Position numbers and translations under genes: made by a program | The notes under the pieces: generated by a model | The model's database searches: none | Told to the model about the DNA's origin: nothing | The model's input: only the letters and a program-made list of their open reading frames with translations | Assembly (NCBI RefSeq): GCF_000734015.1 | Contig: NZ_CP008796.1 | Coordinates: 1,200,001 to 1,232,000, forward strand | DNA length: 32,000 nucleotides | Direction: 5' to 3' | Source of the DNA: Thermodesulfobacterium commune DSM 2178 | GTDB taxonomy: Bacteria > Desulfobacterota > Thermodesulfobacteria > Thermodesulfobacteriales > Thermodesulfobacteriaceae | Shown here: positions 6,997 to 16,102 of the stretch, one piece after another | Position numbering within the stretch: the stretch's first letter is position 1 | Layout of the letters: each line of letters starts with the position of its first letter

Positions 6997-8610
6997 ATGT
7001 TTTGTAACCAGTGCGAACAAACTGCAGGAGGCAAGGCTTGTACAGTAAAAGGGGTATGTGGAAAAACCCCAGAAGCTGACCTTTTACAGGACTTACTGAT
7101 TTATAACCTGGCAGGGCTTTCAGAGGCCTATCTTTTGGCTCAACCTAAAGGATATGATGCCTCAGATGTAGACTTTTTCATCATGGAAGGAATGTTTGCA
7201 ACCCTAACTAACGTCAATTTTGACCCTGAAAGGATTAAAGCTTACCTCGAAGAGACCTCTGCCTTAACAGAAAAAATCGAAAACACCTACCAGGTAAAGT
7301 CCTCGTTTGACAAAATCCCTGCGGCAAGCATGGATGAGTTGATAAACCTTGCTAAAGAATATGAAATAGACCCTAAGTTTAAAGAAGTTTGGGGGGAAGA
7401 TATCTTTTCGCTTAAACTCTGTGTGCTTTATGGGTTAAAAGGAATTGCTGCCTATGCCTACCATGCACATAAATTGGGGGTGTGGGACCAAGAGGTTTAT
7501 CGCAAATTCAAACAGCTTTTGGTAGACGTTTATAAGGAAAAAGGAGACTTAGAGGCCTGGGTTAAAAGGGCTTTAGAGGTAGGAGAGTTAAACCTTAAGG
7601 TTATGGAACTTCTCGATAAAGCAAACACCCAGGCCTTTGGCCATCCTGTGCCTACCAAAGTGCCTCTTGGCACCAAAGCTGGAAAAGCCATCCTTGTTTC
7701 TGGACACGACTTAGAGGACCTCTATGAGCTGCTTAGACAGACAGAAGGAAGGGGCATCTATATCTATACCCATGGGGAGATGCTCCCTGCTCATGGCTAT
7801 CCTGAGCTAAAAAAATTTCCTCATCTATACGGTAATTACGGCACCGCCTGGCAAAACCAGCAAAAAGAGTTTGTTAACTTCCCTGGGCCTATCGTTATGA
7901 CTACCAACTGCCTTATGCCTCCTAAGGAAGAATACAAAGACAGAGTCTTTACCTTGGGGCCGGTTGGGTTTTCAGGGATAACCCATATAAAGGGTAAAAA
8001 CTTTTCTGCGGTAATCGAAAAAGCCCTTTCTATGCCAGGTTTTACCGAAGACAACCCAGGGAAAGAGGTTATGGTTGGATTTGCCAGAAACGCGGTACTT
8101 TCTGTAGCAGACAAGGTAATAGAACTGGTTAAAGCAGGAAAGATCAAACATTTCTTCTTGGTAGGCGGTTGCGACGGGGCTAAACCTGGACGCAACTATT
8201 ACACAAGGTTTGTAGAAATAGTGCCTCAGGATGCCGTTATCCTCACCCTTGCTTGCGGAAAATACAGATTTTACGATAAAGACTTGGGAGATATCGAAGG
8301 TATACCGAGGCTTTTAGACATAGGGCAATGTAATGACGCCTATTCTGCCATTCAGATAGCTTTGGCTCTGAGTCAGGCTTTTGGAGTAGGGGTAAATGAG
8401 CTTCCTCTTTCTTTGGTGGTCTCCTGGTATGAGCAAAAAGCAGTAGCCATCTTGCTTACCCTCTTATACCTTGGGATTAAAAACATCTTTCTTGGTCCAA
8501 GTTTGCCTGCCTTTCTGTCTGAAAACGTGGTCTCATTCTTAGCGGAAAACTATAACATAAGGCTTATCTCAGAGCCTGAAAAAGACCTGAGCTTGATGCT
8601 AAAGGCTTAA
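6997..8610 (+). CDS. hcp: Hybrid cluster protein (hydroxylamine reductase)
   Basis: 537 aa with the N-terminal Cys motif CNQCEQTAGGKACTVKGVCGK and the conserved core ...TTNCLMPP...LVGGCDG...GQCNDAYSAI... SD AAGGAGG. Confidence 0.95.
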   Translation: MFCNQCEQTAGGKACTVKGVCGKTPEADLLQDLLIYNLAGLSEAYLLAQPKGYDASDVDFFIMEGMFATLTNVNFDPERIKAYLEETSALTEKIENTYQVKSSFDKIPAASMDELINLAKEYEIDPKFKEVWGEDIFSLKLCVLYGLKGIAAYAYHAHKLGVWDQEVYRKFKQLLVDVYKEKGDLEAWVKRALEVGELNLKVMELLDKANTQAFGHPVPTKVPLGTKAGKAILVSGHDLEDLYELLRQTEGRGIYIYTHGEMLPAHGYPELKKFPHLYGNYGTAWQNQQKEFVNFPGPIVMTTNCLMPPKEEYKDRVFTLGPVGFSGITHIKGKNFSAVIEKALSMPGFTEDNPGKEVMVGFARNAVLSVADKVIELVKAGKIKHFFLVGGCDGAKPGRNYYTRFVEIVPQDAVILTLACGKYRFYDKDLGDIEGIPRLLDIGQCNDAYSAIQIALALSQAFGVGVNELPLSLVVSWYEQKAVAILLTLLYLGIKNIFLGPSLPAFLSENVVSFLAENYNIRLISEPEKDLSLMLKA

Positions 8611-8652
8611 AATTACAAAACTAAAGCTTATTCTGTTGAGATTTTTAATCCT

Positions 8653-8691
8653 AAATAGAGGAAGGAACTTATTTCCTTCCTCTATTTTGTT
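8653..8691 (+). terminator. Rho-independent terminator after hcp, possibly bidirectional and shared with rfbD
   Basis: A perfect 14-bp stem AAATAGAGGAAGGA / TCCTTCCTCTATTT with a 7-nt loop, followed by TGTT. It lies between the convergent hcp and rfbD genes. Confidence 0.7.
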
Positions 8692-8804
8692 ATGTCTTTG
8701 GTACCCAATCTTACCAATTAGACAGAGCCCCAGGAGAGAAAAAAAGCTTTGGTTTGGGAAGTCTCACATTTCAAAAATTTATCCAGAAATATGGAATTAG
8801 TTAC

Positions 8805-9653
8805 TTAGACTTCATAGCTGTACTGAAAAAAGGCAATCAATTCATCTTTCCAATGCCTTATCTCTATCCCAAGCCTTTTACATATTTTATCATTACTCAT
8901 GGGAGAAAAGCGTGGTCTTTTGGCAGGAAGGTTAAAGTCAGATTGATAGGCAGGGTAGATAAACTTATCTATACCTTTAAGCCTAAAGTATTCCCTCGTC
9001 CATTCAAAGCGGGATGCATAGCCAGAATTCACAAGATGATAAAGCCCGGTAAGACCTTGTTCTATGGCTTTAAGGGTCACTTCTACAATGGTTCTTGTAG
9101 ATGTTGGCACCGAAAACTCATCGCAGGCAATCCTCAAATATTCCTGATTTTTAGCCCACTGGTTAAGTTTATAAAGAAAGTTTTGCGTTCCCTCTCCGTA
9201 TACCCAGCTTGTGCGAAAAATAAGGTAATTTTCCATGTTTTCCTGAATGAAACGCTCTCCCCAGAGTTTACTTTTTCCGTATTCATTCAAAGGGTTTGGC
9301 TCGTCTTCTTCTGTATAAAGCCCTTCCTTTGTACCATCAAAAACATAATCTGTTGAGAAGTGAATCAACAAAGCTTTTATGTCACTACAAACAACACTTA
9401 GGTTATACGGGCCTATGGCGTTAACCAAAAAAGCTCTTTCTTTTTCTTTCTCTGCACCATCGACGTTATTGTAAGCAGCACAGTTTATAACTATGGTTGG
9501 TTTTATTTCTTTAATTATCTTAAAAACTGCCTTAAAATCAGAAACATCAAGCTCTTCCCTTGAAAAATCTACAAACTCTGTACCTTTTTGTGTAAATTGT
9601 CTTATAAACTCTCTTGCTAACTGCCCTTTTGCCCCAGTTATGAGAATCTTCAT
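8805..9653 (-). CDS. rfbD: dTDP-4-dehydrorhamnose reductase
   Basis: 282 aa with MKILITGAKGQLA...STDYVFDG...Y..SK. It is the last gene of an rfbA-C-B-D array. Confidence 0.9.
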   Translation of the reverse strand: MKILITGAKGQLAREFIRQFTQKGTEFVDFSREELDVSDFKAVFKIIKEIKPTIVINCAAYNNVDGAEKEKERAFLVNAIGPYNLSVVCSDIKALLIHFSTDYVFDGTKEGLYTEEDEPNPLNEYGKSKLWGERFIQENMENYLIFRTSWVYGEGTQNFLYKLNQWAKNQEYLRIACDEFSVPTSTRTIVEVTLKAIEQGLTGLYHLVNSGYASRFEWTREYFRLKGIDKFIYPAYQSDFNLPAKRPRFSPMSNDKICKRLGIEIRHWKDELIAFFQYSYEV

Positions 9654-10636
9654 GAATAAACCTTTTTCCAGAGTTCCTCAAGATCTCTTAGCTTAGCTTT
9701 AACCCAATCTATGTGTTCTAAATACCAACCCACCGTCTTTTTAAGCCCTTCTTCAAACTTAATCTTAGGCTCCCAACCAAGTTCAGTTCTTATTTTGGTT
9801 GCATCTGTAGCATACCTATAGTCATGCCCAGGTCTGTCTTTAACAAACCTTATAAGTGTTTCGTCTTTACCCAATAACCTCAGGATTTCCCTAACCACCT
9901 CTATGTTTCTTTTTTCTTCCCCACTTGAGATGTTGTAAATTTCACCCACAATACCTTGCTCCAAAATCATACCTATAGCTCTTGCGCAGTCATCTACGTA
10001 AAGCCATTCCCTTATGTTCATACCTGTGCCGTAAACAGGAATATGTTCGTTTTTAAGAGCTTTGAGTATAACCACAGGAATCAGCTTTTCTGGGTACTGC
10101 CAGGGTCCGTAGTTGTTTGAGGGTCTAACTGTGATAACAGGAAGGCCATAAGTTCTGTAATAGGCTCTTCCAAGCATGTCAGCACTTGCCTTGCTTACTG
10201 AATAGGGTGAGTTTGGGTTTAAAGGGGTGTCTTCTTTGAATTTTCCAGTCTCTCCTAATTCCCCATAAACCTCATCTGTAGATATATTTACAAATCTCTC
10301 TATCTTAAACTCCCTTGCAAGTTCTAAAAGATTTAAAGTTCCTTCTACGTTGGTTTTAACAAATTTCTGAGGTTCTAAAATTGACCTGTCTACATGAGTT
10401 TCCGCAGCAAAATGAACCACCACATCGGGACGAAAATCTTCAAAAACCTTCTTGAGGGCTGACATATCTGTTATATCTGCATGGTAGAATTCATACAAGC
10501 CTTCAATCGAAGATAGTCTCTCTAAATCTCCAGCATAAGTTAGTGCATCTACTACCCCTACGGTATACACAGAAGCATACAACCTGACAAAAGCACTACC
10601 AATAAACCCGGCACCACCTGTTACTAATACTTTCAA
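9650..10636 (-). CDS. rfbB: dTDP-glucose 4,6-dehydratase
   Basis: 328 aa with VTGGAGFIGS...STDEVYG...YSVSKA. It has a 4-nt overlap with its neighbours. Confidence 0.92.
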   Translation of the reverse strand: MKVLVTGGAGFIGSAFVRLYASVYTVGVVDALTYAGDLERLSSIEGLYEFYHADITDMSALKKVFEDFRPDVVVHFAAETHVDRSILEPQKFVKTNVEGTLNLLELAREFKIERFVNISTDEVYGELGETGKFKEDTPLNPNSPYSVSKASADMLGRAYYRTYGLPVITVRPSNNYGPWQYPEKLIPVVILKALKNEHIPVYGTGMNIREWLYVDDCARAIGMILEQGIVGEIYNISSGEEKRNIEVVREILRLLGKDETLIRFVKDRPGHDYRYATDATKIRTELGWEPKIKFEEGLKKTVGWYLEHIDWVKAKLRDLEELWKKVYS

Positions 10637-11199
10637 AGTAAATCCTCCTCTTTCAAGTCTCTTAATTTAGGAAGTTTAGCATCCTTCTGGGATAACACTA
10701 TCCTATCTACCTGGTCCAAAGGCCATTTAATCGCTATGTCTTCGTCATTCCAAATAATACCAGCATCGTGCTCAGGGGAGTATTCAGCCCCTGAAACCTT
10801 ATAAATAACATGAGCAAAATCTGAAAGAACTAAAAATCCGTGAGCAAATCCTTCTGGGATCCAAAGCATGTACCCGTTTTCTTCGGAAAGCTCAACAGCT
10901 ACCCATTTTCCAAAGGTCGGACTATCTTTTCTTATGTCTACAGCTACATCAAATATTCTTCCTACTACGCATCTAACAAGCTTTCCTTGAACTTTAGGCT
11001 TTTTCTGGTAGTGAAGACCTCGTAGGACGCCTTTTATAGAATAGGAATGATTATCTTGAATAAAATCTACATTTATTCCTTCCACTTCAAATTCAGACCT
11101 TTTATAAGTTTCCATAAAATATCCTCTCTCGTCCCTAAATACCTTAGGAACAATAAGCACCACATCTGGAATAGCAAGTTTTTTAAAAGTAAAGGGCAT
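10633..11199 (-). CDS. rfbC: dTDP-4-dehydrorhamnose 3,5-epimerase
   Basis: 188 aa with RGYFMETYK...LRGLHYQ...KLVRCVVGRIFDVAVDIR...GFAHGF. Confidence 0.92.
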   Translation of the reverse strand: MPFTFKKLAIPDVVLIVPKVFRDERGYFMETYKRSEFEVEGINVDFIQDNHSYSIKGVLRGLHYQKKPKVQGKLVRCVVGRIFDVAVDIRKDSPTFGKWVAVELSEENGYMLWIPEGFAHGFLVLSDFAHVIYKVSGAEYSPEHDAGIIWNDEDIAIKWPLDQVDRIVLSQKDAKLPKLRDLKEEDLL

Positions 11200-12081
11200 T
11201 TAGCTTTCCTTAGTAAGGTTTATTAAATACTTTCCATAATCAGTCTTTTTCAAAGGCTCTGCAAGCTTTAAAAGTTGCTCCTTATCTATCCAGCCGTTTC
11301 TATAGGCTATCTCTTCTATACAGCCTATCATGAGTCCTGTTTTTTTCTCAATTGTTGCCACAAACTCTCCAGCTTCAAGGAAACTCTCATGGGTTCCAGC
11401 ATCAAACCAGGCAAAGCCTCTTCCAAGAAGTTTAGCTTTCAACTTTCCTCTTTTTAGATATTCCTCGTTTACAGAAGTTATTTCTAACTCACCTCTGTGA
11501 GATGGTTTTATGGATTTAGCTATTTCAAAAACCTCGCTATCATAGAAATACATACCTACGACTGCGTAGTTTGACTTTGGCTTTTTAGGTTTCTCTTCCA
11601 AAGATAATACTCTCCCAGATTCGTCAAACTCAACTACACCAAACCTTTCTGGGTCATGCACATAGTAGGCAAAAACACAAGCCCCACCCTCTTTTCTCAC
11701 TTCCTCTTTTGCAGAAAGCATTATTTTGGGAAGGTCATGCCCGAAAAATATGTTGTCTCCAAGCATGTAGAGTATACAATTCTGGTTTTTTAGATATAGT
11801 TCTGTCAGGATAAGTCCTTCTGCAAGTCCTCTTGGTCTTTCCTGAAACACATAATCTATCCTCATGCCAAGATGAGAACCATCACCTAAAAGCCTTTTGA
11901 AGTTTTCCACATCTTGAGGATTAACTACCAGAATCGTCTCTCTTATTCCGATAAGCATACTTAGAGATAGAGGGTAATAAATCATAGGTTTGTTGTAAAT
12001 AGGAAGAAGATGTTTGTTAACAACGTGGGTAACTGGATAAAGCCTTGTCCCAGAGCCTCCAGCAAGGATAACGGATTTCAT
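11200..12081 (-). CDS. rfbA: Glucose-1-phosphate thymidylyltransferase
   Basis: 293 aa with [14 protein letters not shown]...[25 protein letters not shown]. Confidence 0.92.
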   Translation of the reverse strand: MKSVILAGGSGTRLYPVTHVVNKHLLPIYNKPMIYYPLSLSMLIGIRETILVVNPQDVENFKRLLGDGSHLGMRIDYVFQERPRGLAEGLILTELYLKNQNCILYMLGDNIFFGHDLPKIMLSAKEEVRKEGGACVFAYYVHDPERFGVVEFDESGRVLSLEEKPKKPKSNYAVVGMYFYDSEVFEIAKSIKPSHRGELEITSVNEEYLKRGKLKAKLLGRGFAWFDAGTHESFLEAGEFVATIEKKTGLMIGCIEEIAYRNGWIDKEQLLKLAEPLKKTDYGKYLINLTKES

Positions 12082-12120
12082 CTTTTTCCTCCCTGAAAAG
12101 TAAAATTCATTCCATTTGCT

Positions 12121-12276
12121 TTAAACTTTAAGATAGATATAAGCTTCAACGGGCTTCCACCAGTGGATATCGCAGGTGTGAGATTCATAGTTTTTGTATT
12201 CCTGGTCGTTGTAAGGGGCTGTATAGGTCTCGGTATGTGATTCTACAGTAGTCTGGTATATGGGACAGGCTTGCAT
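12121..12276 (-). CDS. Unannotated small ORF (51 aa), hypothetical protein upstream of rfbA
   Basis: Hand translation gives MQACPIYQTTVESHTETYTAPYNDQEYKNYESHTCDIHWWKPVEAYIYLKV*. SD GGAGA lies 6 nt before the ATG. The composition is not low-complexity. It is below the 60-aa cutoff of the track. Confidence 0.45.
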   Translation of the reverse strand: MQACPIYQTTVESHTETYTAPYNDQEYKNYESHTCDIHWWKPVEAYIYLKV

Positions 12277-12303
12277 TTTCTATCTCCATTATAATAGTGT
12301 TAC

Positions 12304-12312
12304 ATTATACCA
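12304..12312 (-). promoter_or_regulatory. Extended -10 promoter element TGGTATAAT upstream of the sORF/rfb operon
   Basis: The minus strand reads ...TTTTTGGTATAATGTAACACTATTATAATGGAGATAGAAAATG. A second TATAAT follows. Confidence 0.4.
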
Positions 12313-12489
12313 AAAATTTTCTAACCTGAGAAGGCCAAGACACAGCTTAAGAAAAAGGATGTTTAAGAAGTTACGTCAAGGAGAAAGGTCTTAAGGTTTA
12401 CTTTTCTTATCAATTTAAGTAAGAAACTTTTCGTTTGTCTGAGAATTCCTGCAGGTAGACTGAATTTAATTCAAGGGGGATGTTGAAAA

Positions 12490-12695
12490 ACACCTTGAAT
12501 ATCACCTACAGGCCTTTTAATAAAGATTTGCCAAGTTGAGAGATGAGGTTAAAAGATTTATTGACACGATGAATCATTTAGAGAGGCTCATGAAGGAGAT
12601 TAAGGGTAGGGCTAAAGTTATAGAGGTATTTACGGGTAGACCCAATTAGATAAACGATATGTCATCAAAGTTTATAAATTTCTATCGGCAATTTA
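12490..12695 (+). mobile_element. Third remnant of the R-type transposase element: the C-terminal coding stub plus a terminal repeat, coding stub in the opposite orientation to R1/R2
   Basis: The plus strand reads ..RFAKLRDEVKRFIDTMNHLERLMKEIKGRAKVIEVFTGRPN* (12566-12649). At the DNA level this is about 75-80% similar to the reverse complement of R1 at about 2885-2960. It ends with TTTATAAATTTCTATCGGCAATTTA (12671-12695), the same terminus as R1 and R2. Confidence 0.55.
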
Positions 12696-12780
12696 TGATA
12701 TTATCCCTTGATTAAAAAACTTTTAAACTTATCATAAAAATAAAATATAGTATAAAAAAAATCCTTACAAGGAGGGATTT

Positions 12781-13239
12781 ATGGTTGAGATTAAAAACAT
12801 TTTAGTTCCTGTAGATTTTTCTGAGGTTTCTGAGTTTGTGGCTGAATGGGCTAAGGATCTTGCTAAAAAGCTTAATTCTAAAATTCATGTTGTCTTTGTT
12901 TTAGAAGATTTGGCTGCCTATGAAGGACTCTATGGTTCGGTAAAAACCCTTACAGACCTTGAAAATGTGCTTTTAGAAGGGGCTCAAAAGTCTATGGAAG
13001 ACTTTATGAAGAAACACTTTGCTGACTATCCTGAGGCTCAGTCTATTATCGTAAAAGGCGACGTGGTTGAAAAGATCATCGAAACCGGAGAAAAAGTCAA
13101 GGCAGACCTTATCGTAATGGGAACCCATGGGAAAAAAGGGCTTGATAGAATCCTCTTTGGAAGCGTAGCAAACGGTGTGGTAAAAAACTCTCCTATTCCT
13201 GTGTTGACTATTAACCCCTACAGGCTTAAAAAAGCTTAA
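12781..13239 (+). CDS. Universal stress protein (UspA family)
   Basis: 152 aa with ILVPVDFSE...ADLIVMGTHGKKGLDRILFGSVANGVVKNSPIPVL. SD AAGGAGGG. Confidence 0.88.
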   Translation: MVEIKNILVPVDFSEVSEFVAEWAKDLAKKLNSKIHVVFVLEDLAAYEGLYGSVKTLTDLENVLLEGAQKSMEDFMKKHFADYPEAQSIIVKGDVVEKIIETGEKVKADLIVMGTHGKKGLDRILFGSVANGVVKNSPIPVLTINPYRLKKA

Positions 13240-13240
13240 C

Positions 13241-14209
13241 CTACCTTTTTATACCTAAAAGTTTTTTGGCCTCCTCAGCTTCTTTACTTTTAGGATAGAG
13301 TTTTATGATACGTTTCAATAAGATGGTGTAGGCATCTTTATCTCCTAAGTTTTTAAAACTTAAAGCTTGTTTATACATGGCTGAGGCCTTTAAAGTCGCG
13401 GGAGCAGAGCTTTCTATAACCTTTTGATAGGACAAAATAGCGTCTTCGTAATCCTTTTTATTGTAATAAATTTCTCCCAGCCAATAATGACTCTGGGCTA
13501 AAAACTTGCCTTTAGGGTATTTTTGTAGATACTGTTTAAAGGCATTCATAGCTTCATCCCACTTTTTTTGCTGATAGAGGTCAAAAGCCTGGCTGTAGAC
13601 CTCAGCCTCAGTTAGCTCTTTTTGAGGAGATCCTTGCTGTTTGGAAGCCTCTGTTTTAGCAGTCCCGTTAGAGGTAGCGTTACTTGAAGAAGTAAGGGTT
13701 TGAGGTTTGGTTTCCTGGGTTGCGTTAGATACAGTTTGGTTTGATGGTTTAGATGCAGTTTCGTTAGATACGCTTGAGGAAGTGGCTTGAGAAGAAGACC
13801 CCTTTTCTTCTAAAGATTTTACCTTTAATTCCAGGGCTTCTATTCTGGTTTTAAGCTCTTCTGATTGTTTGGTAAAGGTCTTATAAAGGTCTTCTTTTGA
13901 AGCCACAAGGTCCTCTACCTGAGAAGATATCTTAGCCTGAGAAGACTTAAGTTCCTCTATCTCAGCTAAGGCCTTGGTTTTTACCTCTAAAAGCAGGTCC
14001 TCGCTCAGTTTTTTTTCTAAGGCATTTATCCTTTCTTTTAACTGATTAAGTTCGTTTGCTATGGCCTTTTGGTTTTGCGATTGCTGTTGAAGGGTAGTTT
14101 CAAGGTTAAGGACCTTAACCTTTAGAGCTTGTATTTCATCTTGAGAGGCTACACACCCTCCTAACAAAAGACTAAAACCTAAACATCCAACATATAAAAT
14201 CTTTTTCAT
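13241..14209 (-). CDS. ybgF: YbgF/CpoB-like Tol-Pal-associated protein (N-terminal coiled coil, S/T/N-rich linker, C-terminal TPR). A lipobox-like signal peptide is present
   Basis: 322 aa. MKKILYVGCLGFSLLLGGC, then heptad-like coiled coil, then TPR-type YSQAFDLYQQKKWDEAMNAFKQYLQKYPKGKFLAQSHYWLGEIYY... Confidence 0.7.
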   Translation of the reverse strand: MKKILYVGCLGFSLLLGGCVASQDEIQALKVKVLNLETTLQQQSQNQKAIANELNQLKERINALEKKLSEDLLLEVKTKALAEIEELKSSQAKISSQVEDLVASKEDLYKTFTKQSEELKTRIEALELKVKSLEEKGSSSQATSSSVSNETASKPSNQTVSNATQETKPQTLTSSSNATSNGTAKTEASKQQGSPQKELTEAEVYSQAFDLYQQKKWDEAMNAFKQYLQKYPKGKFLAQSHYWLGEIYYNKKDYEDAILSYQKVIESSAPATLKASAMYKQALSFKNLGDKDAYTILLKRIIKLYPKSKEAEEAKKLLGIKR

Positions 14210-14223
14210 CGCTTTCCTCCTGG

Positions 14224-15021
14224 TTAAGTTATGATAAAATCCGGTAAGCTTTTTTCTATTTCTTCTGTTAAATCAACAGGGATATCTCCCTCAAACCCTA
14301 TTTTTTCCTCGCATAGATATTTTAAAGTAAACACAAGCAAAGGCAACTCTCTTTTCAGTTCTTCTTCGCGAATTTTTCTAAAGAGGGCGTTTTCTTCTCC
14401 TTCGAGTTTTTTAAGCCCTGAAAGATGGTATTTTAGAAGTTTGGCCTCAGTTTCTTCCCACAAAGGGATAAACTCAGGGGTACGAAGATTTAGTCTAAAG
14501 TAGGTGAGGGCTGGGCCTTCGTCAAGTTCAGGAGTTACCTGATGAAACATCGCCCCTGTTTCCATAGCCCTTGCGCTAATAAGCTGCCAGATAACCTCCT
14601 GCCAGGACCCTTTAGGACCTCCTGGAAGAGCTGGATGAAGATTGATCAACCTTAAGGACTTACAAAAGTCTTCTGAGGTAATCCACATATAACCAGCTAA
14701 AACCCCAAAGTCTATCTCCATATCAAGCCTTTTTAAAACCTCCGCGTGATACTCCTTTCTCCAGAGGTCCCTTTGAGCCTTTCTAAGCTCTGGTTTAAAG
14801 CGTTCAGCAGAAAAACAGATAACCTTAAGCCCCAGATCTTCCTTAGCTTCTTTTATCAGCCTTTCTGCCCATTCTCCTTCATCTGGTGCTTTGCTTACAA
14901 ACACATATTCTAATCTGGCAGGTATGTTTCCCTTTTTTATCTCCGAATATACCACCCTTAGCAGGTCTAAAGCAGCCTTATCTCTTGCGGTAGTAAACCA
15001 ACCTATCTTCTTATAGCTCAT
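14224..15021 (-). CDS. Formyltransferase-family protein (PurN-like N-terminal domain with an extra C-terminal region)
   Basis: 265 aa with ...[11 protein letters not shown]...[13 protein letters not shown]...[11 protein letters not shown], which resembles the PurN/Fmt catalytic core. The C-terminal ~90 aa are unassigned. Confidence 0.55.
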   Translation of the reverse strand: MSYKKIGWFTTARDKAALDLLRVVYSEIKKGNIPARLEYVFVSKAPDEGEWAERLIKEAKEDLGLKVICFSAERFKPELRKAQRDLWRKEYHAEVLKRLDMEIDFGVLAGYMWITSEDFCKSLRLINLHPALPGGPKGSWQEVIWQLISARAMETGAMFHQVTPELDEGPALTYFRLNLRTPEFIPLWEETEAKLLKYHLSGLKKLEGEENALFRKIREEELKRELPLLVFTLKYLCEEKIGFEGDIPVDLTEEIEKSLPDFIIT

Positions 15022-16102
15022 AGTCTATGCCTCCAAAAACCTTCTCCAGCCCTTGCCAAGGCTTAGGAACAAAGCATTCAAAATACTGGTAGATAGCATA
15101 TCTGTCAGTCATCCCTGAAATATAATCAGCTATCAATCTCTCTTTAGGCTCATCAGGAAAAACCGATTTAGCCTTTATAAAATAAGGAATGTTCTCAAAA
15201 TTTTTGTCATAAAACTCAAAAAGCTGTAAAAGCAGTCTTTTGGCTTTCTCAAACTCTTTTCTTACAGACTGGGAAAAATAGATTTTCTCAAACAAAAACT
15301 CTCTAAGCTCTGTCAAAGCACTAAGCACCTTATCTTCCATCACAATCTCAGAGTAGTTTGCCTCTCTGGTAGAATAAACGATACTTTTTACCAACGTAGA
15401 AATCCTTTGGGCATGGGTTTCTCCCAGGATTTTTTTAGAATTTTGAGGAAGGTCTTTTAAGTCTATCATCCCTGCTCTTAGAGCATCATCTACATCGTGG
15501 TTGACATAAGCTATCACATCTGAAACCCTTACTATCTCAGCTTCAAGAGTGCTTGGCTTATCAGATCCCTTACTTAGAATAGGTCCCATCCCTTTAGAAT
15601 GTTTTAAAATACCCTCCTTTACCTCAAACGTAAGATTTAAGCCTCTTCCGTCTTTTTCCAGTTTCTCAACCACCCTCAAGCTCTGCTCATAGTGTCTAAA
15701 ACCACCCTCTAAAAGCTCGTTTAAGACCTCTTCTCCTGCATGGCCAAAGGGAGTATGCCCAAGGTCATGCCCCAAAGCTATAGCCTCAGTCAGGGTCTCA
15801 TTTAGATTTAAAGCCCTGGCTATAGTCCTTGCTATCTGAGCTACTTCCAAGGTGTGGGTAAGTCTCGTCCGATAATGATCTCCTTTAGGGGCTAAAAACA
15901 CTTGGGTTTTATGTTTTAGCCTTCTAAAGGCCTTGGAATGAATAATCCGGTCCCGGTCCCTTTCAAAAGCCGTTCTTATCTCACACTCTTCTTCAGGATA
16001 AGTTCTTCCCCGGGAAAATCGGGACTTACAAGCTTTAGGTGCTAAGTAAAGCTCTTCAAAAGCCTCCTTTTCCTCTCTTATACTTATAGTACGGGTTTTC
16101 AT
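15011..16102 (-). CDS. dgt: dGTPase-like HD-domain triphosphohydrolase
   Basis: 363 aa with [24 protein letters not shown]...[15 protein letters not shown]...[14 protein letters not shown]. Confidence 0.88.
   Translation of the reverse strand: MKTRTISIREEKEAFEELYLAPKACKSRFSRGRTYPEEECEIRTAFERDRDRIIHSKAFRRLKHKTQVFLAPKGDHYRTRLTHTLEVAQIARTIARALNLNETLTEAIALGHDLGHTPFGHAGEEVLNELLEGGFRHYEQSLRVVEKLEKDGRGLNLTFEVKEGILKHSKGMGPILSKGSDKPSTLEAEIVRVSDVIAYVNHDVDDALRAGMIDLKDLPQNSKKILGETHAQRISTLVKSIVYSTREANYSEIVMEDKVLSALTELREFLFEKIYFSQSVRKEFEKAKRLLLQLFEFYDKNFENIPYFIKAKSVFPDEPKERLIADYISGMTDRYAIYQYFECFVPKPWQGLEKVFGGIDYEL

Noticed and set aside
7836-8195. A 119-aa minus-strand ORF inside hcp. Similar antisense ORFs occur inside mutS, proA, proB, obg, the amidase and others.
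   Set aside because: They are antisense to genes with clear family signatures. These are typical shadow ORFs.
8707-8732. A possible second functional tRNA gene.
   Set aside because: Only the acceptor 5' strand and the D arm can be folded. No anticodon arm, T arm or 3' acceptor strand follows, so it is reported only as a fragment.
8754-9356. A 200-aa plus-strand ORF.
   Set aside because: It lies entirely antisense to the well-supported rfbD gene. Its composition is odd (F/K/I-rich, no recognisable motifs) and it has no SD.
12340-12480. A possible further coding remnant or inverted piece of R upstream of the third remnant.
   Set aside because: Only short, gapped similarities were visible by eye (for example around CTGAATTTAATTCAAGGGGG against R1 2866-2890). 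This is not enough to make a call without an alignment.
15011-16102. The dGTPase-like gene as a possible nucleotide-depletion anti-phage defence gene.
   Set aside because: It sits in a tightly overlapping housekeeping operon (recJ, dgt, formyltransferase, ybgF) with no mobile or defence-island context.
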